64,000 nucleotides of DNA from Eledone cirrhosa (GCA_964016885.1 OZ024742.1:115506001-115570000); one strand, 5' to 3'. Positions 1 through 13,821 are shown, counted from the stretch's first letter. Made by a program: numbers and translations. The notes: generated from the letters alone by a model not told the origin.

Positions 1-229
1 AGCATATTAAATGAAATAAAATAAATATTCGCCAAGGGAATTCTACATGATAGCGTATGTCATGTAGACTTAACCAATCACATCCACTCCAAAATAGATT
101 CCAACGTCGCACCTGGCATATATAATGATGTGGTCCTTGATGAACAGCGTCTAAATATAAAGACTGGGTGTTCATGTCTGAAAGTAAATTTCTTCAGGTC
201 TTATGAAGAAAAACCGGCCCAAGTCAATA

Positions 230-265
230 CAACAATAATAAAACAATGATAATAATAATAACAAC

Positions 266-300
<35 letters not shown>
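230..300. repeat. (TAA)n microsatellite; on the - strand it is the (TTA)n tail of the adjacent SINE fragment
   Basis: Direct reading of aataataat runs. Confidence 0.95.
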
Positions 301-301
<1 letters not shown>

Positions 302-342
302 TGTTTCTACTTTAGGCACAAGGCCAGCAATTACCCAGTGCA
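297..342 (-). mobile_element. 3' fragment of tRNA-derived SINE
   Basis: Reverse complement TGCACTGGGTAATTGCTGGCCTTGTGCCTAAAGTAGAAACAATTATT matches the 3' end of the full SINE at 47135-47314. Confidence 0.85.
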
Positions 343-605
343 AATAATAATAATAATGCTTTCTTTATTAACAACAAGGGTTTACATAAAGTAGACATTA
401 AGGAAAGTACATGACAATAGAGGACGGTACAAATGGGCATGTCTGCGTGTAAAAAAAAACAGAGGATGTAATAAAAAAATTACAATGAAAAATTCCCTAA
501 TAGGGGGGAGAATTCCGAGGGACATTTGTGGAGAAAGCCCATTAAAAGGACACAGTGACACTGACCACCAGGGCAAGTGCCCTCTCCCAGTTTTCCTCCT
601 TTAAT

Positions 606-3600
606 TTACAGGCACATACTCAGAGTAGCCCCATTCACTCGGGCCATACTTGCTTCTCTTACCCATCTTTCAACAAAATGCTGGGAAGAGAGCACTTCCC
701 TTTCTACCCTGATTTTCCTTTTCAAATAAAATTTGAAAAAGTTAATTAGGGCATCACCGAAGAGGTAAGTGCTCGTCTTAAGCTCTTTCAAACGTGTCCA
801 CCATACTATCTCTTTCGCCATGGCCACCAGACAGATAAACACTGCCTGCCCTTCCCGGATAAAGGAAGAGGGCGGGGCAATCCTCACATTGGACTCAACT
901 GATAGCTGGATCCGTCCTACACGTGACAGCAGGTGTTCGACATAAACCCACAAGTCATCAATGCTCGGGAACTGGACGAGTGCGTGCAGGACGGTTTCGT
1001 CGCCCTGCGCGCATCTCGGACATGTCCGGCTGACGGCACCTCCATGCCTGTAGAGTTTATCCCGAACTGGCAAAGCTTCTCGGTAGCTCTGCCAGGCCAG
1101 GGATTTCTGGAAGCTGTCCATAGGCCCCGGCCCGAAAGTCCTTCCGAAGATATTGGCTAGTTGATTTTCGTCGAGGCCTACATTTTCTCCAAGTATTTCG
1201 TCGCTCTTCCCCTCGACTAATCCTCTATAGAACGCTAAGGTGGAGTTCCCACCGATCACATTGCCCGATTGGCCGAGGGCTGTGAGCGCCTGAAGAGATT
1301 CCAGTCTCCAAGCGCTCCCTCTCGGTCTTCCCTTGACCCAGGACTGCAGCTCCGTCAAGGAGACGAGCTGGGGAAAGACGTCTAGCAAACGGCGACCACA
1401 ACGGATCACCGTCGAGGAAGAGGTTGAGATGTCGTAGCTTGAGCGCGTGTCGGCGCAACATCAGCCACGGCATGCCCAACCCTCCACGTAGCGGGTGTTG
1501 ACAGCAGAAGGAACGCCTGACCATCGGAGCGCGTCCCTTCCACAAAAAGCGAAAGAGCAAACGCTCCAGCGCAGTCAGGCGGGGCTGAGGACAAGGTACA
1601 ACGGTCAGGCGTTAGTAGATGACGGACGAGATGTACGCGTTAGCCACCTCCCCTCGACCTTTCAGTAATAGCTTCCTCTCCGCCCATTTCTGGGTGAGAG
1701 AAGCCACCCTGCTCGTCACCTCGTCCCAGTTCTTGTCCGTCTAGAGGTCCGGACCGTCCAGCGCCCGACGACGCTGTTGGGCGGCATAGACCTGCCTCCC
1801 CAGGTGCCGCGCATCAGGCCCACTGACTTTTCCTGGTTGATCATTGCTCCTGTCACCGCTTAGTATTCTCTTAGTGTAGTGCCGATCGCCTCGGTGTGTT
1901 TGGTGTTCGACACAACTACGGTGACATCGTCCGCATATGCTGACACGGATCTTCCGCATCCTAGTTCGCGCGGGACCCCCCTCAACGTTTTCAGTTTGTG
2001 CAGTAATAGCTCGAGCGTCAATACGTACAAGAGGGACGAGAGGGGACATCCTTGGCGGACCGAGCGCATGATGTTGAAGGGTTCCGAAAGCTGACCGTTC
2101 ACTCTCACCACAGAGCATATGTCGCTGTGCATGGCAGCAATCCAGCCTCTGAAGACGGGCCCAAAGCCTGTCGCCTTCAGGTCGGCCGCTAGGTAACGAT
2201 GGTCGAATCTCTCGAAAGCTTTCGACTGATCTAAATTGATCAAGGACCCCCCCGTGCCAGGTTCCATAACTACCCTCTTTACGATGTATCGCATGAGGTG
2301 GATGTTGTCGTGGAAGGATCTGTCGGGAATGGCGCACGTCTGCGCCTCTCCCACCAGACCAACAACGACAAGCACCAACCTCTATGCTAACATCTTGGCC
2401 AAAATCTTGAACTCTGTGTTTAGCAGAGTTATGGGCTTTAAATTATCTGTTATCCCCCTTGTTCGGATCCTTTATCAGCAGTCCACCGCTCCTCGGCTCA
2501 CAGAGCTGGGAAATCTCCCGTTATGTTGCAAGTTGCAGTAGACGTCCGCCAAGAGGCCTCCGAACAAGTCTGGCATCTGTACGTAAAGTTCATAGGGGAA
2601 ACCATCCAAACCAGGCGATTTACCCCTTGTGCAGCCAGTCATTTCCTCTCGTACTTCAACGGCTGTTATCGGCCTTTCGCAAAACTCCGCCTCAGTGGCC
2701 GAGAGCCGCGACAGTCCGTCGAGGTAGACACTAAAGGCCATCCCTCGATCCGGCCCGCCGCTGACCACGAACAGCTGTGCGAAGTGTCGCTGAAAAGCTT
2801 CACACATTTGCCTGGGATCGAGTAGCATGCTCCTGTCGTGGTCCACCAAAGACGGCATCATGGATTTGTTGCCACGACGCGCCTCCGCAACTCGGGCCCT
2901 TTGAACGGCTTTCGTCCCCTCTTGTCTGAGAGCACGCACCCTAGCTCTAACGACGCAGCATTCGTGCTTTGCATTGAAGAATTGGTCAAGGGCCAATTTC
3001 GCGGCAAGTACGTCGGTCGCACAAGCCTTTTCTAAGTCTCACGTCTAATTTTCTAACTAGTTCACCCTCTGCTATATTTTTCTCTATTGCTAAAGCCTTG
3101 CTAAACCTAAAGGACTCTATTATAATTGCTCTTTTCAGAGCAAAGCACCACTTGTTGTTGACGATGTTCCCCGTCAACGCCCGCTTAACTAGTTCGCTAA
3201 TCCGGTCTCTGTAGTCATTGCGCGCTGGTAAGGACGCATTTAGCTTCCAGTAGCCGGGTCCTCGTCTATGAAGCCTATCTAAGTCAAGCACACAGATAAC
3301 GAATTCGTCGTCCGTGTAGCTGACTATCTTGAATTGTGGACAGTCTATGCTAGACCTATCTATTTCCCTACAAAATACTCTATCTAGATATGATCTGGAT
3401 GACCCTACGCGATTTGTCCAAGTCCACATTGGCACATTCGGGAAATCCAATCGGTACCTGTCAGACAGTTCAAAACGCCTGAGCATGTTGGTGAGGCTCT
3501 CGCACCCCTCTCCCCTATCCGCTGATCCCACACAGTCCCAGCGTGCTTCTATGATCCCGTTCCAGTCGCCCACTAACTCTAAAGAGCGGGACGTTCCAAG

Positions 3601-3987
3601 AAAGGTGTCCATACGCCGGAAGAAATCAGGCCGCCATGTTCCTGTCGGGGCATAGACGGCCACTAGCCTGAAAGCTTGCCCGTCTCCGCTGGTCACATCT
3701 TGCACCACCAACTTACCTTCTGAGTCCAGGAAGATGGCTCGTATGGCGAGATCCAAACCTCTCCGAAAAAAGCACAGCAACTCCACCCCCGATTCCGGAC
3801 GGATGGGAGATGCGTAAACATCGTAGCCGCCGAAGTTCGGTGCGAAGGCCCGTGCTTCGGAGATTCTGGTCTCGCTGATGGCCACTAAATATATGTTTAG
3901 TGACCTGAGGTCGTTGAGCAGGAGGCCCTGCTTCCATGACGAATCAAAGCCACGCGCATTTATGCTGTCTATTCTGAGGGAGGTCAT
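606..3987 (-). pseudogene. Tx1 ORF2 (APE endonuclease + reverse transcriptase + zf-RVT), frameshifted
   Basis: Consecutive ORF pieces carry SINARG, AISETR, VYAP, GDWN, YLDRVF, GYWKLN (APE); KSPGLDG, LDQSKAF, RQGCPLS, YADD (RT); GGLG and CPRC..ETVLHAL. Confidence 0.92.
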
Positions 3988-4021
3988 GTTGAAATGGAGT
4001 GGAAAAGATGGGAAAGACCAC

Positions 4022-5956
4022 TTACGTTACTTCTCTTAGAAGTAGGGTGGTTTGTCCATCCTTTTCACTGCTTGTGGCCTCCTCCGAAAGGATGTCCTTA
4101 TAAATCCTCCTGGAGATTGTTTGTCGGAAATCTACGTTGTCTTTGGTGAATTTTTGTTTTAGTGTCGTGTACGTTTTCTGTGTGATGCGAGTGATTTGTA
4201 TGTGTGGAGGTTGTGTTAACTTGTGGGTTGTTGTGTAGACGTTCTCTGTGATGCTGCTGTTGTATTGGATGTAGTGTAATAATTGTTTGTTGTTCAAATT
4301 TAATGCTTTGTAGTGTGTATCGTTTTGGTTTGTTTTGTTTGCGTTTGACGTGGGTTTCTTTCTGTTTCGCTTTTTGGTGACTTTTGTGGTGTTGGTGATG
4401 GTGGTGTTTGGGTTAATGATGGTGATGGTGTTGGTGTTTGAGGTGATGGGTTGGTGATGCTGGTGTGGATGGTGGCATATATGTCCTAACTTTTTTGTTT
4501 GATAATTTATTTATTTCCCTCTGTATTTTGTTTTTGGAGGGGGAAGGAAGAGTATGTTTTCTTTTTTGGTTTCTTTTTTTCTTTATTGCTGATACCGTCT
4601 CCCACTCCCCGTCGTCACAATCTGTCTCCAGTTGTGATAGGCCTGAGACTGGAAATTCGTCTACAGCCGATGGTTTTGGTTGTGGCGTGGTGGATGGTGT
4701 AGGCGCTGGTGCTAGTTCTGGTGCGTTGGGTGTTGGTGGTGTTGGTTTTGCTACTGTTACTGGAGTTCTTGCTGTTTCAGTTGCTTCTGTTGTTGCTGCT
4801 ACAGTTGTTGCTGCCAACTCTGCTGCTGGTGGTGTTCATGGTTGAGTCACTGGGGTGGGTAAGAAAGGTGGCCTCAACCTTTTAGCCTGAGGGCAAAAAG
4901 ACCTTAGGTGGGTTCCTTCACCACAAACGACACACCTAGGCGTTCTGCCCTCGATGATTACGATGAGGTGGCTGCCGTCAGTGAGGTCTATTACCTCTGG
5001 GATCTGCTGAATGCTTTTTTTGTCAGTTTGGATCAGGAGCTCCATCCCAGATCCGGACGAGTTCTCCTGCTTTTCTTTAGCTATTTCAATTATTTTGGTG
5101 TTGGCCTCGATGCTGGCGAGGTGCGGCAGCTATTAGCCAGTGAGTGTCGATTGCTGGTGGAACGTGGGTCACCCTGATCTTTACGAGTCTCTGGCCACAA
5201 TAGTTTGGGACGAGTGTGAATCTTCACTTCTTAATGGGGCCATGTAGTGTTCTCTAGCCTCCTGTGATGTTTCAATGAACACGTCCACGGTTCCATATTT
5301 CTGCCCACGTCCGATGTGGTTTTTTTTTGCCCACACATGTCCAAAAGCTTTTTGGATTTGGGACTCGGATGCCCGTTTCACTCGGCGCGATTTTATGTTA
5401 ATTGTTCGCAAATACATGGTGCATAGGCGCCGAGGCTCCATTTTATTAGGTGTGTAGGGGGGGGCTGACGCAGTACCTCTCTTTTTTTACCATTCTTTTG
5501 GCTTCTTCTAACTCCTCCTGAGTTACCTGAAATGCTTCGCACTGTTTTGCTACTCTGGCAAAACTCCTTCCTAATTTCATTGTTGCTGTTATCGTTATTT
5601 TTGTTATTGTTAATTTTAGTTTCAGTTGTGGTGGTGGTGGCGTCAGTGGTGTTCGGTGTGGAAGAGTTCATTTTTATTGAATTCAATTCGATAACACGAG
5701 TTAATTAATTTTTTTATTTTGTTTCTGTTGTCGCTGTGGTGGTGTGGGTGGGGGTTGTCGCGGTGGTGGTGGTGGTGGTGGCGACTTTAACACCTGCCGC
5801 CATTGGTAATGGCGGGAAATTAATTTCTGCCTGAGACAAATTTTAAATATTGCTACTCCTTTTTTTTTTAGTGTTGGCAAACGTAGTAATATTTACAATG
5901 GTGGTGTCGGTGTGAGGTGTGAGTTTGTGAGGAAGGATTGACTCTGAGTCTTCCAT
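4022..5956 (-). pseudogene. Tx1 ORF1 (RRM-like region, CX2CX4HX4C knuckle, Thr/Pro-rich tail), broken
   Basis: EGRTPRCVVCGEGTHLRSFC in 4836..5045; GTVDVF RRM-like segment in 5181..5441; lies directly upstream of ORF2; likely ATG at 5956. Confidence 0.75.
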
Positions 5957-6170
5957 GATTTTTCAAAGAAACATTTTTGTTTGATAATTATAAAAGTTTA
6001 AATTTTGGGCTCAAGGCCCCAATCTTTTTGAGTGTCCTTTTCAGATAACAACGTATGTGCACTTATATACAGTTAACAATAACAATTTTCCATAAATGGC
6101 AATTTTAAACAACTGAAAATAACAAACATTTGCGGAGCCCACGATGATACGATTTACTACGTAGGTAGCC

Positions 6171-6269
<99 letters not shown>

Positions 6270-6300
6270 AAGAAGAAGAAGAAGAAGAAGAAGAAGAAGA
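6171..6300. repeat. Compound microsatellite (TAA)n-(GAA)n
   Basis: Direct reading. Confidence 0.97.
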
Positions 6301-9018
6301 AAGAGCAGAGCCGTGGTGGAAGAAGCGACTGAGTGGGCAAATCGGGGAAATGAGAAATGACATAGGAAAGCATGAGTCACTACTGAATGGGACACTAAAA
6401 AACATAGGCACTAAAAATAGACTGGAAATAAAATACAAAACTAGGAGGAAAAATCTAAATATTATCATAGAGGAACTGAAGCAACGCATTGTAGCAAAGA
6501 GTGCAAAAATCAGGCGATACGAGAACAGAGTCAGTCAGTATAAACAGAACCGCATGTTCGACAACAACCAGAAGATGCTGTTTGTACAGCTTGAGGGGAA
6601 AGAAAGAGGCAACGACTTGATCCCTGGGGCGGAGCAAACTAAAACATTCCGGAGAGGAATATGGGAGCAGGATGTTAGACACAATGCCCAGGCAGGGTGG
6701 ATTGAGACAGTACAGAGGGAGATCGGTGAGCATGCACAACAACAAACTGATTTGAGTATCACAGTTGAAACTCTTAAGGGGCAGGCCAAAAAACTAACCA
6801 ACTGGAAATCACCAGGCCCAGATGGTGTGCAGGGGTATTGGATTAAACATTTAACATCCCTCCACCCGAAGCTGACGGCCATGTTCAATGACTGCTTGGG
6901 GTCGGGTGATGTGCCAGAGTGGTTGACAAAAGGTACCACAGTTCTGATAATGAAAGACCGAATCAAGGGTAGTGATGTTACCAACTATAGACCTATCACA
7001 TGTCTGTCCGTAATGTGGAAACTGTTGACGAGCATTGTGTCTGAGGAGATCTACCATCACCTCCACACAAACAACTTGTTACCGGACGAACAGAAAGGAT
7101 GCCGAAAGAAGTCACGTGGTACAAAGGACCAGTTACTCATTGATAAGATGGTAATGGGGAATTGCAGGAGGAGACACACTGATCTTGCCATGGGATGGAT
7201 AGACTACAGAAAGGCATTTGACATGGTGCCTCATTCCTGGATCACCAAAAGCCTGGAGATCTTCAGGGTGGCAGATAACATCAGACAGTTGATAGGCAGG
7301 AGTATGGGGTCCTGGGAGACAGAGTTGACATCAACTGGAGTTTCCTTGGGAAGCGTGAAGATCAAGAGAGATATCTTCCAGGGAGATAGCCTGTCCCCTC
7401 TGTTGTTTGTCCTTGCCCTGATGCCCTTGACCATTATGCTGCGAAAAGTGAGAGCAGGATAAAAGTTGGGAAGGGGAGAGCTTACCATCAATCACCTCCT
7501 CTTCATGGAAGATCTTAAGCTCTTCGGGAAAAGTGAGAAGGAGTTGGATGTGCTTGTTGACACTGTCCGTATTTTCAGCAGTGATATACGTATGCAGTTT
7601 GGTATTGGTAAATGTGGAGTCATTGTGATGAAGAGGGTTAGGTTGAGCAGAAGTAACGGGATCCAGATACCAACAGGTGAGATGATAAAGGAAATTGACT
7701 CTGAGGAAGGATACAAGTATTTGGGCGTTCTGGAGGCTGATGGCATAAAGAACAAAAAAATGAAGGAATGGTTAAGAACTGAATACATTCGGAGAGTAAG
7801 GAGCGTATTGAAGTCACATCTGAACAGCAGAAATGCCTTAAGCGCAGTAAATTCCCGAGCTGTGTCTATTATTAGGTACAGTGCGAGAATTCTGAGATGG
7901 AATGTTGCTGAACAAAAAGAAATGGATAGGAAGACTAGGAAGCTATTGACTATCTATAACATGTTACACAAGAGGAGTGATGTCGATAGACTCTACCTAA
8001 GGAGATATGAGGGTGGAAGAGGTCTTATCAGCATAGAGGACTGTGTTCAGATGGAGAAAAACAACCTATACAAATACGTGACCTATAGTAAGGAGCCAAT
8101 GCTCAGAACTGTACTGAAGGAGGGGACAGTAGGCCAGGGGATGACCAAGGAGGAAATAACATCAAGGAGGAAGAGCAGCCTTAAGGGAAAATCCCTTCAT
8201 AGTACCTGAGAAAACTGAATTTAGAGATCCACAGACATGGAACTGGTTGAGAAGAGGAGACCTCAAAAAGGCTACAGAAGGAATGCTAATGGCTGCGCAG
8301 GAGCAGGCCCTCAAAACGAAGTGGTTGAAGCACCATATCTACAAGGAGGAGGCTAGCCCACTGTGCAGGATCTGTGGAGAGAGAGAGGAGACTGTGGCTC
8401 ACATTGTGTCCGAGTGTAAACACCTAGCCCAGACCCACTATAAGGGCTGGAGACACGATGTGATGGGCAGGGTGATCCACTGGCACCTGTGTAAAGTAAA
8501 CAATTTACCACATTCTGAGAAATGGTATGAGCATAGGCCAGAGGCGGTGATGGAGAACAATCAGGTGAAGGTGCTGTGGGATTTTAGGATACAGACGGAC
8601 AAAAAACTGGAACACAATAAACCTGACCTGGTGGTTGTGGACAAAGAAAAAATATCGTGTCTGATTGTGGATGTGGCCTGCCCATTCGACACGAGAGTGC
8701 AAGAGAAGGAGAGGGAGAAAATTAACCGATACCAGGACCTAAAGTGGGAGGTGAAAAGGATTTGGAACTGCCATGAAGTCAAAGTGATCCCGATTGTCAT
8801 ATGCGCACTGGCGACTATCTCCAAAAGTTTCCAGGGATGGTTAAAGAAAATCGGCCCCTTCACGCTTTTTGGAACGCTTCAAAGGCATGCTTGCTTGGAA
8901 CAGCAAGAACCCTCCGATACGTCCTGAATATCTGAGGCTGCAGGTAGTGGCTTGATATTCATTCCAACGGACTTTCCAGTTAACCAACATCAATGACTGA
9001 GATTCAAGGAATAACAAC

Positions 9019-9073
<55 letters not shown>
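6297..9073 (+). mobile_element. 5'-truncated, disrupted R4/Dong retrotransposon, family A
   Basis: Near-identical to 15956-18710. Lesions: TAC>TAA stop at 7460-7462, FMED at the catalytic motif, 5-nt deletion near 8206, 1-nt deletion near 8881. Ends in a (TAA)n tail. Confidence 0.95.
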
Positions 9074-9074
<1 letters not shown>

Positions 9075-9290
9075 GGGAAGAAGACGCACGAGGTGGTAGA
9101 AGGTCATGAAATCGCTCCCGTAAGTTTTTGATTTTTAACATATTTAAATCAATTGTGAAATAACAATTCTTAGTAGAAATGTTGCATAATTCACCGAATG
9201 AAGTCCCGTACAATTTCGGATCCATATTATATTGTTATATCGCTCAAATATTCAATTTTGTATTATATATTTTGTATTAAAAAAAAAGAA
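9074..9290. repeat. Unclassified repeat module X, copy 1
   Basis: AGGGAAGAAGACGCACGAGGTG...CATGAAATCGCTCCCGTAAG also occurs at 13822; both copies start right after a (TAA)n tract. Confidence 0.8.
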
Positions 9291-9666
9291 AATGATTACA
9301 TACGAACACAAACTCATAGATACTACATATCACAAAACCCAGTAACCATAACGCCACCACCCCATCCATCATCTTGCTACCGCTATCCCATCGTCGCTGC
9401 CACCACTCTTTCATTGCTACCACCACTATTCCCCTGTTAACTTGAGAGATAAAGGGGAAGGTGGCGGTATCACTAGACAAGGGAGAGGCTAGCAAAAGAT
9501 ATAAATAGATTGACTTAGTGACCTGGCCAAAAGTCAACAGCAACAACTATGGGACTGCTGGCTCACCCCTTCCTCACCAACAATATAAAAAGCCCCGGCA
9601 CCACCACCGACATAGCCAACAACAATAACAGGCAACTACAGCTAAAAGTATATTATATTAGTTTAA

Positions 9667-9716
9667 TGCACTGGGTGATTGCTGGCCTTGTGCCTGGAGT
9701 GGAGACAATTATTAAT
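9667..9716 (+). mobile_element. 3' fragment of tRNA-derived SINE
   Basis: ATGCACTGGGTGATTGCTGGCCTTGTGCCTGGAGTGGAGACAATTATT matches the SINE tail. Confidence 0.75.
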
Positions 9717-9799
9717 AATTTCATTCTTAAGCCACGCAATGCTCACATTAAGGAACCACTCATGATAATAACAATTTAAAAAAAAACAACAAACAGAAA

Positions 9800-12700
9800 A
9801 TCCCGTGACCAAGAAATACCGGGATGGCGGTCGGCGGGGAATAGCCGTGTCTCTAGGGGAGAACGACCCCTCTAGTATTGGGTGACACTCGTTCTAGAAG
9901 TGGTAACACGAAATGATTACCCCTTGGCAGATAAGGATAAAACGCGACAAAATAAAGTAAATGTCTAATGATAAAATCTCATACCGGATCGGCCGTCACC
10001 CGGGTAAAAAAGGGCCGCATCCCTCAGAGAGGAACCTGACTGGGGTCGAAAAATTAGCTAATGGTTCAAACCTTCCCATCACTTCGGAGCTGGAGACCTC
10101 CCATAATCGGAATACTCCTACTGTTGGCCCTCCATGCTCACCACCAAGAAATCCAAAGAAAAAGAGAGAAAAATGGTCAAGGGAAGATAATAAAGAATTC
10201 CTTGAGGCTTTCTACACTGCCATGTACTACCCATCACATACATCGAATACAGAACAGACATATATCAACTGGAAAAAGAAAGATCCCGAAAACAGAGGCT
10301 ATATTGATAGTAACAAACTAGCCAATATACGAAGAAATATTGTAAAAAAAAAGTTACTAACTGATACAGAAATTGATCAGATCAAGCTATTAGCACAAAG
10401 TCAGCGAAGGGAAAATGAAACATGTGTCAGTGAAAACGAGGTAAACTGTAACACTTCGAACCCCAGGGTTGGGGCGGAATCACTGGCAACAGAACAAATT
10501 AAAGAAAGGATCGAAAAAGTGGAGGGAGTGCATGCTCAGGATGAAACTCCAAATGAAAATAATGAGATCGTAAATGATAAAGAAATGAATGAGAATGAAC
10601 TTGCCAACTTGAAGGATGAAATTATGATCGAATGGATGAAAATGAAAGAATCTGACATGGGGCAACGAGACACCCTCCCTAAGATCCAGAACTCCAAACA
10701 GAACCAAAAGATAATACACAAGACTAACATAATTCTCAAAAACATTATCATCATAAACAAACTAAACATTACTGATTTAAATCATCTGTATTATGCATCG
10801 GCTAAAGTCACCACTCACTTATGTGGAGTGAAGATGAAAAAACAAAGGAATTCCCACAAGAAATCTACTTGGCAAGAGAACATCAATCGCCAAATAAACC
10901 TTCTCCGATCTGACATAGAAATTTTAACAAACTATAAAGTAGGTGAACATGTTAAACAAACTAAACTTAGAAAATTGAAAAAAAAGTACAGTATAAAATC
11001 AACATGTGACATAGACATGCTGATAGAAATAATCAAGCAAAAAGTGTCGGCCCATTCTGCTCGTATAAGGCGCTTTGAAAAACGATCTAGATTCTATAAG
11101 GACAATAATATGTTCAAAAACAACCAAAGAAACTTCTACAGAAAAATTGGTAAGTCAACAATAACTGCTAAATCAATACCACCCAAGGAGGAAGTGCAAG
11201 AATTCTGGGAAAAGATCTGGGCCGAAGAAAAAGTTCATAACATACATGCCCCATGGGCAGACAGACAAATGAAAGATACAGCTCACCTTGAGGAACAAAT
11301 ATGGGAAAATATAACAGTTGAACAGTTGCGCTTGGCTGAAAAACCAGCAAATGGAAATCCCCAGAAAAAGTCAAAATACAAAACTTTGGAATAAATGCCT
11401 TCACATAGTCTCATGAGCTGTTAGCCCAACTTTACAATGAAATAGTTAAGGAGCCAGAAAAGGTACCATCATGGCTAGTTAACGGCATTACATTCCTGCT
11501 TCCGAAGAATGATGAGACAAACAATCCCAAAAATTACAGACCGATAACTTGCTTGACCACAATGTATAAAATGTTAACATCAGTCCTAACTGAATACACA
11601 TATGACCACCTGATAACAAATGACCTATTTCCCATTGAGCAGAAAGGGTGTAAACGAGGCTCATATGGCTGTAAGGATCAGCTTCTGGTTAACAAAATGA
11701 AACTGGAAGATTGTCATAATAGACACAAAAATCTATCGATTGCTTGGATAGATTATGAAAAACCATTCGATAGTTTGCCACACAGTTGGATTGAAAAATG
11801 TTTAGAGATTTTCAAAATATCCCCCGTTGTCAGAAGGCTTTTGTCATTCAGTATGAAGACATGGAAAACGACACTCCTTTTGAATAGTGAAACAAAATCA
11901 CTGGAAGTTGGAGAAGTTAATATTAATTGTGGAATTTTTCAGGCTGACTCTTTATCACCGCTTTTATTCTGCCTCGCACTTATACCATTAAGTAAAATGC
12001 CCAATGAAACAAAACATGGATATAAAGTCTATGACAAAACCATTAATCACCTGTTCTACATGGATGACCTGAAACTATTTTGCAAAAAATGATGAACAAT
12101 TGCAAGGGCTATTATCCACTGTGGAGCAGTTCAGTGATGACATTAAAATGGAGTTTGGACTAGATAAATGCGCCAAAGCAACGTTCACCAGAGGAAAGCT
12201 GCTGAAGAGTTCAGACATTAATCTTGATCGGAGGATCGTGATAAGAGAACTTGATCAAGAAAAAACTTACAAATATCTAGGTGTTTGTGAATGAGACGGA
12301 ATCAAGCACTCGACAATGAGGGAAAGGATAAGGAAGGAATGTTACCGCAGAGTAGGAGCAATCTTAAGAACGGAATTGAATGCAAGGAATAGGATCGATG
12401 CCATAAACAAGCTTGCCATATAAGTAGTAACCTACAGTTACAATGTCATCAACTGGTCAAGCACAGAGATCCGTAGGCTCGATACAAAAATTCGAAAATT
12501 CTTAACCATGCACAGAATGCATCACCCTAAGGCAGATATAGAAATAATATATCTCCCTAGGAAAGAAGGAGAACGTGGGTTAATACAGTTAGACATTGCG
12601 TTGAAAACTGCAACAATTGAATTATCTACATATCTAAGGGAATCACATGATTGGATGATCAAACTCGTTTTGAAACACGAAAGCATCAACAGATCATATT

Positions 12701-13752
12701 CCATTACAAAAGATGCACAAAGATACAGTAATGGACTACAAATTTCAGAAGTACCATTTACTGCTGAAATGGAAAACACAGAAAAAGCAAAGCAGGTAAA
12801 AGTAACTGCAAAGAAAGAACTGCTACAGAAACTGGCTAAGAAATGGCAAGAAAAGCCTCTGTATGGAAAATACCCAGAGCGAGCTAACAATCCTGATGTT
12901 GACAAAACTTTAACCCATCAGTGGTTGGCATCCTCTGGACTGAAATAGGAGACTGAAGGACTGATTATGTCAGCACAAGATCAGTGTTTGCCAACAAGAA
13001 ATTACCAAGCCAACATAATAAAAAAATGGATGCAGCCCATTATGCCGTGTATGCAAAAAACAACCAGAGACCATTGACCATATAATTACAATGTGCAGTC
13101 CTATAGCTCCAACCGAATACCTAAAGAGGCATGACAGAGCTGCACAATAGATACATTGGATAATGTGTAAGCAGTTTGACCTGCCCCATCAAAAGAATTG
13201 GTGGGAGCATCAACCACCTCCCATACTTGAAAAAGATCACATCTCAATCTTGTGGAACTTTAGCATCCAAACAGACCGAAAAATAGATGCAAATAGACCT
13301 GATATAATATTGAAGGACTTTAAAAAGAGGGTATGCCTGCTAATTGATATGTCTGTTCCAATAGACAAGAATGTATCTATAAAAACATTTGAAAAATTGA
13401 GCAAGTATAAGGACCTGGAGATAGAAATTGGAAAAATGTGGAAATTGAGAACTAAAACAATACCAGTGGTTGTAGGCGCTCTGGGAATGATACCTAAGGG
13501 GTCTAATGATTACTTATTGCAGATCCCAGGAAACCCGCGTATAGGAGAAATACAAAAGATAGTACTAATGGGAACTGCCCATATACTAAGGAAGATTCTG
13601 TCAATATAAGTACATCACAAGTCTAAACACTAAAGATGCATGTGTGAGAATGTATGTTCTTCCTTGAAAATGGTGGACCTTGTTGTCTCTTGAGGTCACT
13701 GGTTGTGACTTGGTGATAACTCGTATGAACATAAAGCAAGATAAATGCAACT

Positions 13753-13815
<63 letters not shown>
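9800..13815 (+). mobile_element. Full-length, disrupted R4/Dong retrotransposon, family B
   Basis: ORF 9961-13609 in pieces: N-terminal KWSREDN..FY..W domain, YRPITCL, EQKGCK, FQADSLSP, FYMDD, CRVC..ETIDHI..C, RHD, RPDI..IDMSVP, KLSKYKDL. (TAA)n tail at 13754-13815. 5' end approximate. Confidence 0.93.
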
Positions 13816-13821
13816 GAATAA

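Larger units (their letters stand above)
343..6170 (-). mobile_element. Full-length, disrupted L1/Tx1-clade LINE (Tx1 copy 1)
   Basis: ORF1 (CCHC knuckle) followed by ORF2 (APE endonuclease, RT, C-terminal zinc finger). 3' AATAAA then (TTA)n. (TAA)n tracts on both flanks. Confidence 0.92.

Noticed and set aside
1-177. Open frame on - after a tttcag acceptor (MNTQSLYLDAVHQG...)
   Set aside because: Runs off the window, has no recognisable motif and no supporting donor.
5797-5815. Palindrome CCGCCATT-GGT-AATGGCGG
   Set aside because: Short, single occurrence inside Tx1 ORF1; no comparative support.
6041-6489. Poly-L/F/S/Y/I ORFs, and poly-K at 18717-18911
   Set aside because: Translations of (TAA)n and (GAA)n microsatellites.
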